Source: Chlamydiales bacterium (lineage in GTDB: Bacteria; Chlamydiota; Chlamydiia; Chlamydiales; Simkaniaceae). Taken from it: a stretch of DNA of 64,000 nucleotides. The stretch spans positions 96,028 to 160,027 of the forward strand of contig JACKPR010000005.1 in the NCBI GenBank assembly GCA_024233395.1, read 5' to 3'. Below are positions 54,930 through 64,000 of this stretch, in pieces. The notes below the pieces were generated by a model. That model did not search any database. It was not told the origin of the DNA and was given only the letters and a program-made list of their open reading frames with translations. Each line of letters opens with the position of its first letter. Position 1 is the stretch's first letter. The position numbers were made by a program, and so were the translations under genes.

Positions 54930-57482
54930 ATGGATTCATTAGAAGCTCAAGCAGATTCTGTAGTACAAAAGGTGCGCCATTACCTCATCACAATGATGGG
55001 ACGTACGGCTGATGAAGCAAATGATGAAGAATTTTATCGCGCTTTTTCAGCAGCTCTTCGTGAAGAGGTGATGATCAATTGGACTGCAACCGCTCACACC
55101 TTTAAAAAACCTGGCCTTCGAAAACTCTATTATTTATCGATGGAATATATGCCCGGCCGCCTTTTTGGGAATAATATTACCAATATTAGCGCCATGGATT
55201 TGGTTAAGACCGTTTTAAAAAAATCGGGAAGAGACTTTCAAACGATCGCCCATATGGAACAAGATATCGGCATTGGAAATGGAGGATTGGGGCGCCTTGC
55301 ATCTTGTTTTATGGATTCTCTAGCAACCCTTCAATATCCTGCAATGGGATATGGGATGCGGTATCAATATGGAATCTTTGAACAAGAATTGATTTGTGGG
55401 GTGCAAGTTGAACGTCCTGATTGCTGGCTTCTTACACCAAACCCCTGGGAGTTTCGTAGAGATTGTTCTGCTGTTTCTGTCCGATTTGCTGGGAAACCCA
55501 TCTCCCGAAAAAATAGTCATGGTGATGAGGTTTTTGATTTAATCGATTATGAGGAAGTCCGCGCTCTTCCTTATGATCTACCTATTATAGGATACAGTGT
55601 CGATCCCAATTTTTCAGTCTTAACACTGCGGCTCTGGTCAACTAAAGAATCACCGCGGAATTTTGGACTTCAGAAATTTAATGCGGGTGATTTTGGACAA
55701 GCCAGTGAAAATACAAGTCTCACAGATGTTCTTTACCCCAATGATAATCATGAAGCAGGAAAAAGAGTCCGTTTAAAGCAGGAGTTTTTGCTCGTCTCTG
55801 CTTCTCTTCAAGATATTGTCAATCAATACAAGGAAGTTTACTCCGACTGGAGTTCTTTTGCAGATGTCGTACGCATTCAGATTAATGATACACACCCCGC
55901 TTTGATTATCCCTGAAATGATTCATCTTCTGACAAAAGAACATAACCTTTCCTGGAAAGAGGCTTGGGAAACTGTCCGAACATGTTGTGGATATACGAAT
56001 CATACCGTCTTAAAAGAAGCTCTTGAAGAATGGAATGCTGAAAGGATGTTTGAGCTCCTTCCTCGACATTTCTTTATTATCGAACGGCTCAATCTTGAAT
56101 TCTGCTCTGCAGTCAGGAAAACTTTTCCAAACGACGAAGAAAAGGTTCGTCGAATGTCCTTTATTGAAGGAGGGCAAATTAAAATGGCCAATCTAGCCAT
56201 TTACGGGTCTCATAAAGTGAATGGTGTTGCAGCTCTTCATACGGAAATTCTTAAAACTTCTCTTTTTAAGGATTTTTTCGAGATGTATCCCGATAAATTT
56301 GTAAATGTTACCAATGGAATCACACAGCGGCGGTGGCTCCTATATTGCAATCCTCTCCTCACAGAGTTTTTAGAAAAACGGATCGGTAATGGATGGATTA
56401 CAAATTTTGAGGAAATCTCCCGTATCGCAGACTATGCAGGAGATCCTGAATCTCAAAAAGAATTTCTAGCCATTAAGAAAAAAAATAAAGAGCGTCTCTT
56501 GAAGATGGTTCAAGAGGATGCTGATTTCCATCATGGCACTGGGGAAAAATATGCCGAAGAAAACTTTCTTGGCTCCGATGCTCTTTTTGATGTTCAAATC
56601 AAGAGGATTCATGAATATAAAAGACAGCTCATGAAAGCTCTTCACCTTTTAATGCTCTACTTCGAAATCAAAGAAAATCCTGAATCTCACCGAATCAAAC
56701 GTTTTGCAATTTTTGGAGGGAAAGCAGCTCCTGGGTACCAGATCGCAAAAGCAATTATCCGTTTCATCTATTGCCTTTCCCGAAAAATCAATCGTGATCC
56801 CGATGTAGGAAAAAAGCTAAAAGTTATCTATGTTGAAAATTATAATGTCTCCAAAGCAGAAGTGATCATTCCTGGAACCGATCTCTCCGAACAAATCTCT
56901 ACTGCAGGGATGGAAGCCTCAGGAACAGGAAATATGAAGTTTTCGATTAATGGAGCCCTCACCATTGCAACAGATGACGGTGCCAATGTCGAAATCCGAG
57001 AGAATGTGACCAATGAATGGTGGCCCTTTTTGTTTGGTGCAAGTAGTCGTGATAACTTAGAAATGCGGCGCTCTCGCAGTTATAATCCTCAAGAAATCTA
57101 TGCCAATATTCCTCAGATCAAACAAGTTGTAGATGCTCTGCAAGATCGCTCTCTTGTTGAAAATGATGCGGAACATAAAGCCTTAATGGCTGTACACAAC
57201 TCGCTAAATAGTGATCGCTTTTTTGTTCTCAATGATCTGATGTCTTACTATAACACTCAGAAAAAAGTGGAAGCACTTTACCAAGAACCCCATCGATGGG
57301 CAGAATTTGCCCTTCATAATATGGCAGGAATGGGCTCATTTTCAGCGGATGTTTCTATCAAAAATTACGCGGAAAAAATTTGGGATCTCAAACCTTGCCC
57401 TCCTGATTTGGAAGAGCTTAATCAGGTACGAAAAGAATATAGTGAGCACGATCGATGCCGAATCGCTCCTCGAGAAGACTAG
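54930..57482 (+). CDS. glgP: glycogen/maltodextrin phosphorylase
   Basis: GNGGLGRLA and the PLP site EASGTGNMKF, with full-length GT35 architecture. The start is moved to ATG 54930 (MDSLEAQ) because the listed TTG start lies inside the 31-bp repeat. Confidence 0.95.
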   Translation: MDSLEAQADSVVQKVRHYLITMMGRTADEANDEEFYRAFSAALREEVMINWTATAHTFKKPGLRKLYYLSMEYMPGRLFGNNITNISAMDLVKTVLKKSGRDFQTIAHMEQDIGIGNGGLGRLASCFMDSLATLQYPAMGYGMRYQYGIFEQELICGVQVERPDCWLLTPNPWEFRRDCSAVSVRFAGKPISRKNSHGDEVFDLIDYEEVRALPYDLPIIGYSVDPNFSVLTLRLWSTKESPRNFGLQKFNAGDFGQASENTSLTDVLYPNDNHEAGKRVRLKQEFLLVSASLQDIVNQYKEVYSDWSSFADVVRIQINDTHPALIIPEMIHLLTKEHNLSWKEAWETVRTCCGYTNHTVLKEALEEWNAERMFELLPRHFFIIERLNLEFCSAVRKTFPNDEEKVRRMSFIEGGQIKMANLAIYGSHKVNGVAALHTEILKTSLFKDFFEMYPDKFVNVTNGITQRRWLLYCNPLLTEFLEKRIGNGWITNFEEISRIADYAGDPESQKEFLAIKKKNKERLLKMVQEDADFHHGTGEKYAEENFLGSDALFDVQIKRIHEYKRQLMKALHLLMLYFEIKENPESHRIKRFAIFGGKAAPGYQIAKAIIRFIYCLSRKINRDPDVGKKLKVIYVENYNVSKAEVIIPGTDLSEQISTAGMEASGTGNMKFSINGALTIATDDGANVEIRENVTNEWWPFLFGASSRDNLEMRRSRSYNPQEIYANIPQIKQVVDALQDRSLVENDAEHKALMAVHNSLNSDRFFVLNDLMSYYNTQKKVEALYQEPHRWAEFALHNMAGMGSFSADVSIKNYAEKIWDLKPCPPDLEELNQVRKEYSEHDRCRIAPRED

Positions 57483-57491
57483 TGCGTGTTC

Positions 57492-58223
57492 CTAATTCAG
57501 CTCCCATTTTTTGAGGAGTTTTTCATAGGTTCCATTATCGCGCAGTTTATCGAGACCTCGATTAAACGCTTCAAGAAGTTCTTTCTCTTCACCGTTTAAA
57601 GTCACAAGGCGGAGACCCATATCATTGAGTGGAGGGGTCGCAATTTTTACTTGTTCTCGATAAAGATTTCGAATGTAACTGGTTGCTTGAAGGTAATCGA
57701 TTAAAATCCCATCGATTTGTTCTGTAACAATCTCTTCAAAAGCATCGGGAATAGAATAATAATAGTGAACATTTACACCAGGATATTTCTCGATAAGGAG
57801 GGCCTCTTGATTCAATGATTCTACACTAATCTCTTTACCTCTAAGATGATTCACACTGCTCACTTTCATTTCTTTTTTCACAACAAGAACAGGACCGATG
57901 TAAAGAAAAGGATCTGAAAAGGTATAGGTTTTCTGAAGAGTCGTTCGGGGAGTGATAGAGCTGAGCATGGCATCATATTGATCATTCTTAAGTCCATAGA
58001 TCAAATTATCCCAAGCCATCATTACCGTTTCAAAAAATACACCTTCTTCATGAGAAATCGCTCGGAGTAGTTCTTTTGAGAAAGCATAGACATGCGCCTC
58101 TTTTCCCCCCAATGGGGCAGGGTAATAACTCGGATCAATTCCAATCCGATACGTTTTACCTTTTGCTCCACAAGAAACAAGAACAATGGCTAGAAGTAAA
58201 AATGTGCAAACTCGTTTTAGCAT
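57492..58223 (-). CDS. amino-acid ABC transporter substrate-binding lipoprotein (family 3, ArtJ-like)
   Basis: Lipobox LVSCGA. The length and SBP_bac_3 pattern fit (YRIGIDPSYYP, YDAMLSSITPRT, GILIDY). Confidence 0.8.
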   Translation of the reverse strand: MLKRVCTFLLLAIVLVSCGAKGKTYRIGIDPSYYPAPLGGKEAHVYAFSKELLRAISHEEGVFFETVMMAWDNLIYGLKNDQYDAMLSSITPRTTLQKTYTFSDPFLYIGPVLVVKKEMKVSSVNHLRGKEISVESLNQEALLIEKYPGVNVHYYYSIPDAFEEIVTEQIDGILIDYLQATSYIRNLYREQVKIATPPLNDMGLRLVTLNGEEKELLEAFNRGLDKLRDNGTYEKLLKKWELN

Positions 58224-58264
58224 TACTTTTTATCTTAATTCTTCCTTTTCAATTTATCAAGAGC

Positions 58265-58289
58265 TATAGCTAAAACACTTTAAAATTGG
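58265..58289 (+). repeat. solo family-1 terminal repeat
   Basis: tatagctaaaacactttaaaattgg matches the first 25 nt of the family-1 TIR. It abuts the 31-bp repeat copy at 58290. Confidence 0.7.
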
Positions 58290-58320
58290 TTTTTGTCTGC
58301 GTCGACTTGACCTCAAAATT
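58290..58320. repeat. 31-bp repeat, right copy of the inverted pair
   Basis: tttttgtctgcgtcgacttgacctcaaaatt. See 54860..54890. Confidence 0.75.
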
Positions 58321-58434
58321 TCCAATTTTTGATACACGATGTGTATAGATCAACAATCTTTACTAACTTGATTTTTAAAAAAAAATTTATTAAGCCTGTC
58401 TTCAGGAAACCTTAAATTTCTTGGAGGAATAGAA

Positions 58435-58887
58435 ATGAAAGCAATAGTCCTAGGAATTTTAACAATCACATCGATCAGCGGCTTTGCAACTGTTGAGCAT
58501 TATTATATTCACTGTGAAAAAACTTATGTTGATCCAGAAGTGATTGACCTTCATGAAAGAAAAATCAAATTTAAAAGCTTAGGAGAAACTTACCAAACAT
58601 CTGCAATTTACTCTGATGAACATGGCCTCTATTATCAAGACTATCTCGAAAACCATGAACAAGTACTCTCTACAAGTGATCATTCTACCACTCTAAATAT
58701 GGAGACCGATGAACAACTTGACCCTTTTGTTGATTTAATACCTACTGAAAAAGCGCCGATTGATATTGACCAAAATACTGAATCTCTCATCTTGGAAGAA
58801 AACAAAACAGCTCCAGCCGCCCAGCAGTTATCCTCATCTCCAGAAAAAAAACGAGCCGCATGGCCCTATACGAATAAAAAAAGATAA
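58435..58887 (+). CDS. hypothetical secreted protein
   Basis: Track ORF. GGAGG lies upstream, the N-terminus is signal-like (MKAIVLGILTITSISGFA) and the C-terminal half is acidic. I recognise no family. Confidence 0.45.
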   Translation: MKAIVLGILTITSISGFATVEHYYIHCEKTYVDPEVIDLHERKIKFKSLGETYQTSAIYSDEHGLYYQDYLENHEQVLSTSDHSTTLNMETDEQLDPFVDLIPTEKAPIDIDQNTESLILEENKTAPAAQQLSSSPEKKRAAWPYTNKKR

Positions 58888-58893
58888 GAAGCC

Positions 58894-58927
58894 CTCCTTT
58901 CGAACTGATCATTCAGTTCGAAAGGAG
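58894..58927. terminator. bidirectional terminator-like hairpin
   Basis: ctcctttcgaactga-tcat-tcagttcgaaaggag is a 15-bp perfect stem between convergent ORFs 58435..58887 and 58944..59651. Confidence 0.55.
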
Positions 58928-58943
58928 TTTGAATTAAAACGAT

Positions 58944-59651
58944 TTAGGATAAAGTGTTTTCAGATCTGAAGGTAAAATCTCGTATTGTTTGTGCAGCGTG
59001 CGTGTCATATCCCCCAATTAGCTGATGTCCAGATCCTGGACCTTGGAGGCTAATCCATTGAGTATCATTTTTCTTATGCCACTTGATTGTTCCTATCACT
59101 TGAGTCGTATCATCGTGATTTCTATAATTTAATACTACCCCTGCTAAGTCTTTCGCAACTGTTGTCACCCCTCCATAGGTATAGACTTCAAGATTTGCTT
59201 TTCTAGTCTCATCAAGGATATCTCTATCTTTAAGAGACTGTAATGTGTTAGAAACAAGAAGAGCGCCGTGACTATGCGCGATAATACAAAGCTTTCCTCG
59301 TTGCACCAATTCTTCAATGATTGGAGATAGTTGTTCTATTACATCTTCCATTCGTTGACGATCTTGCTTGTGCGTTGCATGAACATTATTCCAAAATGGA
59401 ATAACAGCTTTATCAGTCATCTCTTTGAGTCTTTCTGCATTAGTGAAAACATCATCCTCAGTATTTAGAATTCCTCCGACAAATAAAATACTCCAGTTCC
59501 TGTAAGGGGTATCGGGAGCCCCATTTTCTTCCATAATCAAACCAACCGTCCCTTTTGTAAACTCAGGTAATTCTGTTGGATTATATAAATTTGCCGCTGG
59601 TGTATGAGTGTGTCTAAAACGACTTGAAATACTATGCATAAAAGATGCCAT
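58944..59651 (-). CDS. hypothetical alpha/beta-hydrolase-like protein
   Basis: Track ORF with a nucleophile-elbow-like IIAHSHGALL preceded by ILFVGGILN. Both flanks are AT-rich. The family assignment is tentative. Confidence 0.5.
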   Translation of the reverse strand: MASFMHSISSRFRHTHTPAANLYNPTELPEFTKGTVGLIMEENGAPDTPYRNWSILFVGGILNTEDDVFTNAERLKEMTDKAVIPFWNNVHATHKQDRQRMEDVIEQLSPIIEELVQRGKLCIIAHSHGALLVSNTLQSLKDRDILDETRKANLEVYTYGGVTTVAKDLAGVVLNYRNHDDTTQVIGTIKWHKKNDTQWISLQGPGSGHQLIGGYDTHAAQTIRDFTFRSENTLS

Positions 59652-59808
59652 AAAATTAACCCTCCTTTAATTTTTTGATAATAAATATTATAACAAATTT
59701 TTTATTATAAGTAAAAAATTATATACTATCTCTTATATGCTTTATAATGAATATGATATGCACTTAATTAGAACATTAAAACCACATAACCAATTAACTA
59801 GTAAATGG

Positions 59809-61905
59809 TTATGATTGTTGACTAGATCGTAATAATCGGAGTCCATTGAAGACGACGAGAAGGGAAGCTCCCGTATCGGCGAGAATGGCCATCCAAAGAG
59901 AAGCAACTCCTACTATTGCAAGGATGAGGAAAAGAGCTTTAAGCCCTAGCGCAAAAATAATATTCTGCTGGATGATTTGAAGGGCTCTTCGCGAATGTCG
60001 GATGAGCCAAGGAATCTTTGAGAGATCATCGGCCATGAGAGCAATATCAGCCGTTTCAATTGCAGCATCGGTTCCCATAGCACCCATTGCAATGCCAAAA
60101 CTTGCCGCTGCCATTGCAGGGGCATCATTAATCCCATCTCCAATCATCGCAACATGTTTCCAGCGACTTTTTAAACGCTCAACAGCTTCTACTTTATCCT
60201 CGGGAAGAAGTTCACTCTGAGCCTCATCTACCCCAGTTAAACGGCTAATGGCTTCAGCTGCAGGTTTATTATCCCCTGTAAGCATCACCACCTTTTTAAC
60301 TCCAACTTTTTTGATTTCTTGCAAGATTTCTTTCACATTTTTTCGCGGCTGATCGGCAACGCTTATCAACCCACAAACATGTTTATTGTTTCCAATCGCA
60401 ATAATCGAATGACCGGCATCTTCTAAGTCAAGAGCCATTTGATGAATTTCTGGGGTTTCTTGTTTCATTTCGTGCATAAAGCGATGACTTCCTATCCAGT
60501 AACGGGTCCCCCGATAGGTTCCTTCTGCTCCTTTTCCTTTCGTAATCTGAAAGTCTTCTGCACGTTCTTCCTGTACCCCATTTTCAGCAGCATATTTAAG
60601 GATTGCCCGTGCAAGAGGATGTTCACTTGGGGCCTCAAGAGCTGCAGCTCTTTGAAGAAGTTCTTTTTCAGTATGATGATTTAAGGGAATGACTTTTTGA
60701 ACTTCGGGTTTTCCATAGGTCAATGTTCCTGTTTTATCAAGAGCTAAAGCCGCAAGCTTTCCAGGCATTTCAAGGAACATTCCCCCTTTAATTAATACTC
60801 CCGCGCGAGCAGCTGCTGTCAATCCAGAGACAATACTGACAGGTGTTGAAATAACAAGGGCGCAAGGACAAGCAATCACCAAAATCACTAAAGCTCGGTA
60901 AAACCATGTTGCCCACTCCAAATCTAAAAGGAGTGGAGGAAGAAGGGCTACAAGAATGGCAATACAAATCATGATAGGGGTATAAATTTTGGCAAATTTT
61001 TCTACCCATTGCTGCGAGTGTGCACGCCTTGATTGCGCCTGTTCAACGAGATGGATAATCCGCGCTAATGTTGTATCATTCGCTCCTTTAGTGACAACAC
61101 ATTCAATGGCTCCTTCTTCATTAATCGTCCCTGCATAGACTTCATCTCCCTCTTCTTTATAAATAGGAACCGACTCACCAGTAATAGGCGCTTGATTTAT
61201 GGAAGTCCTTCCTTTTTCAACGACTCCATCCAAAGGAACTTTTTCTCCAGGACGGACTAAAATCCGATCACCAATTTGAACGTCTTCCACCTCTTTATCC
61301 CCTTTATCAATCACATGAGCCATGGTGGGTGTTAAATCCATCAGAGTCGCAACAGCACGTCTGGCTCTTCCAACACTCCAATGTTCTAAAAGAAGTGCCA
61401 CTGAAAAAAGAAAAGCAACGGTTGCTCCTTCAAACCACTGATCAATCGCAATCGCTCCAACCATTGCAATGACCATCAAGAGGTTCATATCGGGCTCTAA
61501 CCTTTTGATGGCTCGAAAAGCTTTGGGAACAACGAAATAAGCTCCAAAAAGCATCGCAAAAAAGTAGAGTCTTTCTGCAGCGGGACTTCCTTTTGCATGG
61601 AAAAAAATTGCAAAGACTAAAAAGATTCCACTAAGAATGGTTGTAATCAAACGCCCTTGTTTTTTCCAAAACCCCTCTTTTTCAAATGCTTTTTTATCAC
61701 TCCATGGAAAAGCTTCCATTCCTCCTTCTTTGACCCATTGGATAATCTTTTTGGAGTCGATAGCCTCATCGCAGGTGACAATCATTTTTGCATTGAGAAC
61801 ATCAAACTCTAGATCGGTGATTCCTTCTCGTTTGGAAAGAGCTTTTTTTAAAATTGAAATTTCCTCAGCGCAATCTAGGCCAACAACTTTAAAGATAAGT
61901 TTCAT
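59809..61905 (-). CDS. heavy-metal (Zn/Cd/Pb-type, P1B) translocating P-type ATPase
   Basis: N-terminal HMA domain (GLDCAEEIS), CPCALVISTP, DKTGTLT and GDGINDAPAMAAA. Confidence 0.9.
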   Translation of the reverse strand: MKLIFKVVGLDCAEEISILKKALSKREGITDLEFDVLNAKMIVTCDEAIDSKKIIQWVKEGGMEAFPWSDKKAFEKEGFWKKQGRLITTILSGIFLVFAIFFHAKGSPAAERLYFFAMLFGAYFVVPKAFRAIKRLEPDMNLLMVIAMVGAIAIDQWFEGATVAFLFSVALLLEHWSVGRARRAVATLMDLTPTMAHVIDKGDKEVEDVQIGDRILVRPGEKVPLDGVVEKGRTSINQAPITGESVPIYKEEGDEVYAGTINEEGAIECVVTKGANDTTLARIIHLVEQAQSRRAHSQQWVEKFAKIYTPIMICIAILVALLPPLLLDLEWATWFYRALVILVIACPCALVISTPVSIVSGLTAAARAGVLIKGGMFLEMPGKLAALALDKTGTLTYGKPEVQKVIPLNHHTEKELLQRAAALEAPSEHPLARAILKYAAENGVQEERAEDFQITKGKGAEGTYRGTRYWIGSHRFMHEMKQETPEIHQMALDLEDAGHSIIAIGNNKHVCGLISVADQPRKNVKEILQEIKKVGVKKVVMLTGDNKPAAEAISRLTGVDEAQSELLPEDKVEAVERLKSRWKHVAMIGDGINDAPAMAAASFGIAMGAMGTDAAIETADIALMADDLSKIPWLIRHSRRALQIIQQNIIFALGLKALFLILAIVGVASLWMAILADTGASLLVVFNGLRLLRSSQQS

Positions 61906-61952
61906 AATTTTAATTTTATCTCTTCCTTGAGTATAATCTCAACTTTGTACGA

Positions 61953-61973
61953 TTTTAAAGAACTTTAGCTATA
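61953..61973 (-). repeat. degenerate solo family-1 terminal repeat
   Basis: ttttaaagaactttagctata compares with the TIR end ttttaaactgttttagctata. It lies in the divergent region between the P1B ATPase gene and the GT9 gene. Confidence 0.45.
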
Positions 61974-61984
61974 TAATACCAGGA

Positions 61985-63025
61985 ATGAAGAATACACTGT
62001 TTAAGCTTCTCTTAGCTTTGGGGCCAAAAAAGAAATTTGAGCGAAAAGATGAGCCCCGCCTCTTAGTTGTTTCGACAACAGGACTTGGTGATACTCTTTG
62101 GGGAACGCCAGCTGTTAAAGCGCTCAGAAAAAAACATCCCAACGCTCACATTGCTCTTCTAACAAGTCCGATTGGGAAGGAGCTTTTTAAAAATAATCCT
62201 CATCTCGATGAAATTTTTGCTCTGAAAGACCCTGCTCTTTTTTCTTCATTAAAACTTCTTCCAACCTTGAGGAAACGTGCTTTCGATACTGCCTATATTT
62301 TCCATGTTTCACAACGTCCCATCCTTCCCATCGTCTCCCTTGCAGGTCCTTCTAAAATCGTTGGAACTGAAGGGATCAATAAAGGACTCGATCATCTTTT
62401 AACAAACCCCATTAAACAGATCCATCTTCATGAAATTGAGCGCCGCTTAAAAATTGTTGATTGTGAAATGACTCACCCAAAGATGGAAATCTTTTTAACG
62501 GAAGAAGAAAACAACGCCTCCTTTGAGCATTTAGTGGAATCCCCTCTTTTGGTTGGGATCCATCCTGGAGCAAAAGATCGCTTCAAGCAGTGGAATCCCA
62601 AGCATTTCATTGAGCTCGGCAGAAAACTTGTCCAAGAAAAAGGGGCAACAATTCTGATTACAGGCAATTCTTCTGAAGCTGACTTAGCAGAGGGAATCGC
62701 AAAACATATCCCCCGCGCCATTTCTGTTGCAGGAAAGCTTTCTGTGCGCACCTTAGCTGCTCTTATCGAAAAACTCGATTTGTTTATTACCAATGACACA
62801 GGACCGATGCACCTGAGTTTTGCAATGGAAACACCAACTTTTGCCCTCTTTTCTCCCACCGATCCTTCTTTATGCGGCCCTTATAAAATCAGTCATGGGT
62901 TTGTCATTCAAAAACCCCGCTCATGCAACCCTTGCATTCGAAAAAAATGCGTTTCTCCCTTCTGCATGGAACAAATTTCCCCTTCCATGGTTTATGAGGC
63001 GATCAATGCGCACTTGCAAGCTTGA
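61985..63025 (+). CDS. GT9-family glycosyltransferase (LPS heptosyltransferase-like)
   Basis: GLGDTLWGTPAVKALRKKHPNAHI and DLFITNDTGPMHLS are typical GT9 features. Confidence 0.8.
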   Translation: MKNTLFKLLLALGPKKKFERKDEPRLLVVSTTGLGDTLWGTPAVKALRKKHPNAHIALLTSPIGKELFKNNPHLDEIFALKDPALFSSLKLLPTLRKRAFDTAYIFHVSQRPILPIVSLAGPSKIVGTEGINKGLDHLLTNPIKQIHLHEIERRLKIVDCEMTHPKMEIFLTEEENNASFEHLVESPLLVGIHPGAKDRFKQWNPKHFIELGRKLVQEKGATILITGNSSEADLAEGIAKHIPRAISVAGKLSVRTLAALIEKLDLFITNDTGPMHLSFAMETPTFALFSPTDPSLCGPYKISHGFVIQKPRSCNPCIRKKCVSPFCMEQISPSMVYEAINAHLQA

Positions 63026-63332
63026 AGGAACGGATCTCTATTCACGCCTCCAAACTCTTGAAAAAGAAATTTCCCATGTCCGAAAAACCAAAGAACCTAC
63101 AACTTTCTTAAATCTCATCTTTCTTGAAGAGGTTTCTTTGATTCGGCAAGCAAAAAGAGAACACCATCCCGTTTTTGCAAAATTTTCAGGAAAAGCCTTT
63201 ATTAACTTTGATGAAGAATATCTTTTTTCAGCACTTCAAGATAAAATTATCGATGAACTCATCGAGGATACTCCCCTTTTAAATCCCTTTATGGAAGAAG
63301 CTATAGAGACTTTTAAATATATCCCATGTTAA
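63006..63332 (+). CDS. hypothetical small protein (start uncertain)
   Basis: This is the distal part of track ORF 62820..63332. The upstream part overlaps the GT9 gene, so an internal Met (63006) is more plausible. I recognise no family. Confidence 0.35.
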   Translation: MRTCKLEGTDLYSRLQTLEKEISHVRKTKEPTTFLNLIFLEEVSLIRQAKREHHPVFAKFSGKAFINFDEEYLFSALQDKIIDELIEDTPLLNPFMEEAIETFKYIPC

Positions 63333-63341
63333 TGGGAGGGA

Positions 63342-64000
63342 ATGAGCATCTATGTTATTATCCTGAATTGGAATGGAAAAGATGATACTCTCCACTGTCT
63401 TGGAAGTCTCAAAGCAATCACCACCCCTCATCAAGTTGTCATTATTGATAATGGCTCTACCGATGACTCTGTAGAAGTGATTTCTAAAACTTTTCCAGAA
63501 CATCACTTAATAGAAACAGGAAAAAATCTTGGCTTTGCTGAAGGAAATAATGTAGGCATTCGGTATGCGTTAGCAAAAGGAGCTGAATACCTTCTTCTCC
63601 TCAATAATGATACCATCGTTACAAAAGATTTCCTCGAAGGGTTTCTGAAAAGAGACCTTCCGATTCAAGGAGGAAAGCCCCATTTAATGGATGAGCCCTT
63701 TCTCCTAGATATTATTGGTGGTGTTTGGTCCTATAAAAAAGGGGTAATGGACCCTGTGGGCAGACGAGATTGCCCAGACCAATGGAATGACCCTTTAATT
63801 GTGGATTATGTCTTAGGAGCAGCCGTTTTTATTAAAAGAGAAGTTTTTGAAACGATTGGCCTTTTTGATCCTCGTTTTTTTCTAAACTATGAAGAGATTG
63901 ATTTTTGCTTTCGTGCAAAAAGTGCTGGATTCCCCTCTATCTATTGTCCTGAAGCCATCTATTTCCATAAAAAATCGGCTTCATTCTGTGGAGGAAAACC
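63342..64000 (+). CDS. GT2-family glycosyltransferase, 3' partial (runs off right edge)
   Basis: Not in the ORF track because no stop lies in the window. My hand translation from ATG 63342 is open to nt 64000: MSIYVIILNWNGKDDTLHCL...IIDNGSTDDS...GFAEGNNVGIRYA...LLLLNNDT...NYEEIDFCFRAK. GGGAGGGA lies upstream. Confidence 0.75.
   Translation, partial: MSIYVIILNWNGKDDTLHCLGSLKAITTPHQVVIIDNGSTDDSVEVISKTFPEHHLIETGKNLGFAEGNNVGIRYALAKGAEYLLLLNNDTIVTKDFLEGFLKRDLPIQGGKPHLMDEPFLLDIIGGVWSYKKGVMDPVGRRDCPDQWNDPLIVDYVLGAAVFIKREVFETIGLFDPRFFLNYEEIDFCFRAKSAGFPSIYCPEAIYFHKKSASFCGGK

Noticed and set aside
59809-61905. The HMA domain of the P1B ATPase has CAEE instead of the CxxC metal-binding motif.
   Set aside because: As far as I recall, GxDCAEE is a common variant in Zn/Cd-type ATPases, so it is not unusual.

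Overview
AT-rich, densely coded bacterial chromosome segment with about 60 protein genes, 2 tRNAs (Ser-GGA, Phe-GAA) and no rRNA, CRISPR array, intact IS or prophage. Several local gene orders match what I recall for Chlamydiota: nrdR-dksA-lspA; ctp next to rpsL-rpsG-fusA-rpsJ with no tuf after fusA; and gpmA-nifS-nifU beside a pseudouridine synthase. Proteins with Inc-like bilobed hydrophobic domains fit the same assignment. Extra genes suggest an environmental, non-Chlamydiaceae lineage: kdpFABC, photolyase, GT9 heptosyltransferase, a two-partner secretion pair, a GH18 chitinase and a C69 dipeptidase. This assignment comes from memory, not from a search. Other content includes a metal ABC importer, a PP2C phosphatase and EEP-family enzyme pair, rplU-rpmA-obg, a MATE pump, a SEDS protein, birA, a DUF47-PiT pair, a 1145-aa glycine-rich autotransporter, glgP and a Zn/Cd-type P1B ATPase. 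The most interesting unexplained structure is at the DNA level. (1) A MITE-like family with about 34-bp TATAGCTAAAAC... terminal inverted repeats has two 170-bp copies in opposite orientation, one 57-bp mini copy and three solo ends. Some of these ends supply the stop codons of flanking genes. (2) A second palindromic family has TAGATAGTGT termini and also overlaps stop codons. (3) A 31-bp inverted repeat pair brackets the 3.4-kb glgP and amino-acid-binding-protein segment. At the protein level, the NifS/NifU pair appears to lack all canonical catalytic and cluster-ligand residues. The TpsA gene carries a G8 tract, and an unlisted kdpF is present. I saw no clear multi-gene novel system such as a defence island. 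Coordinates of hand-indexed non-ORF features may be off by 1-2 nt.
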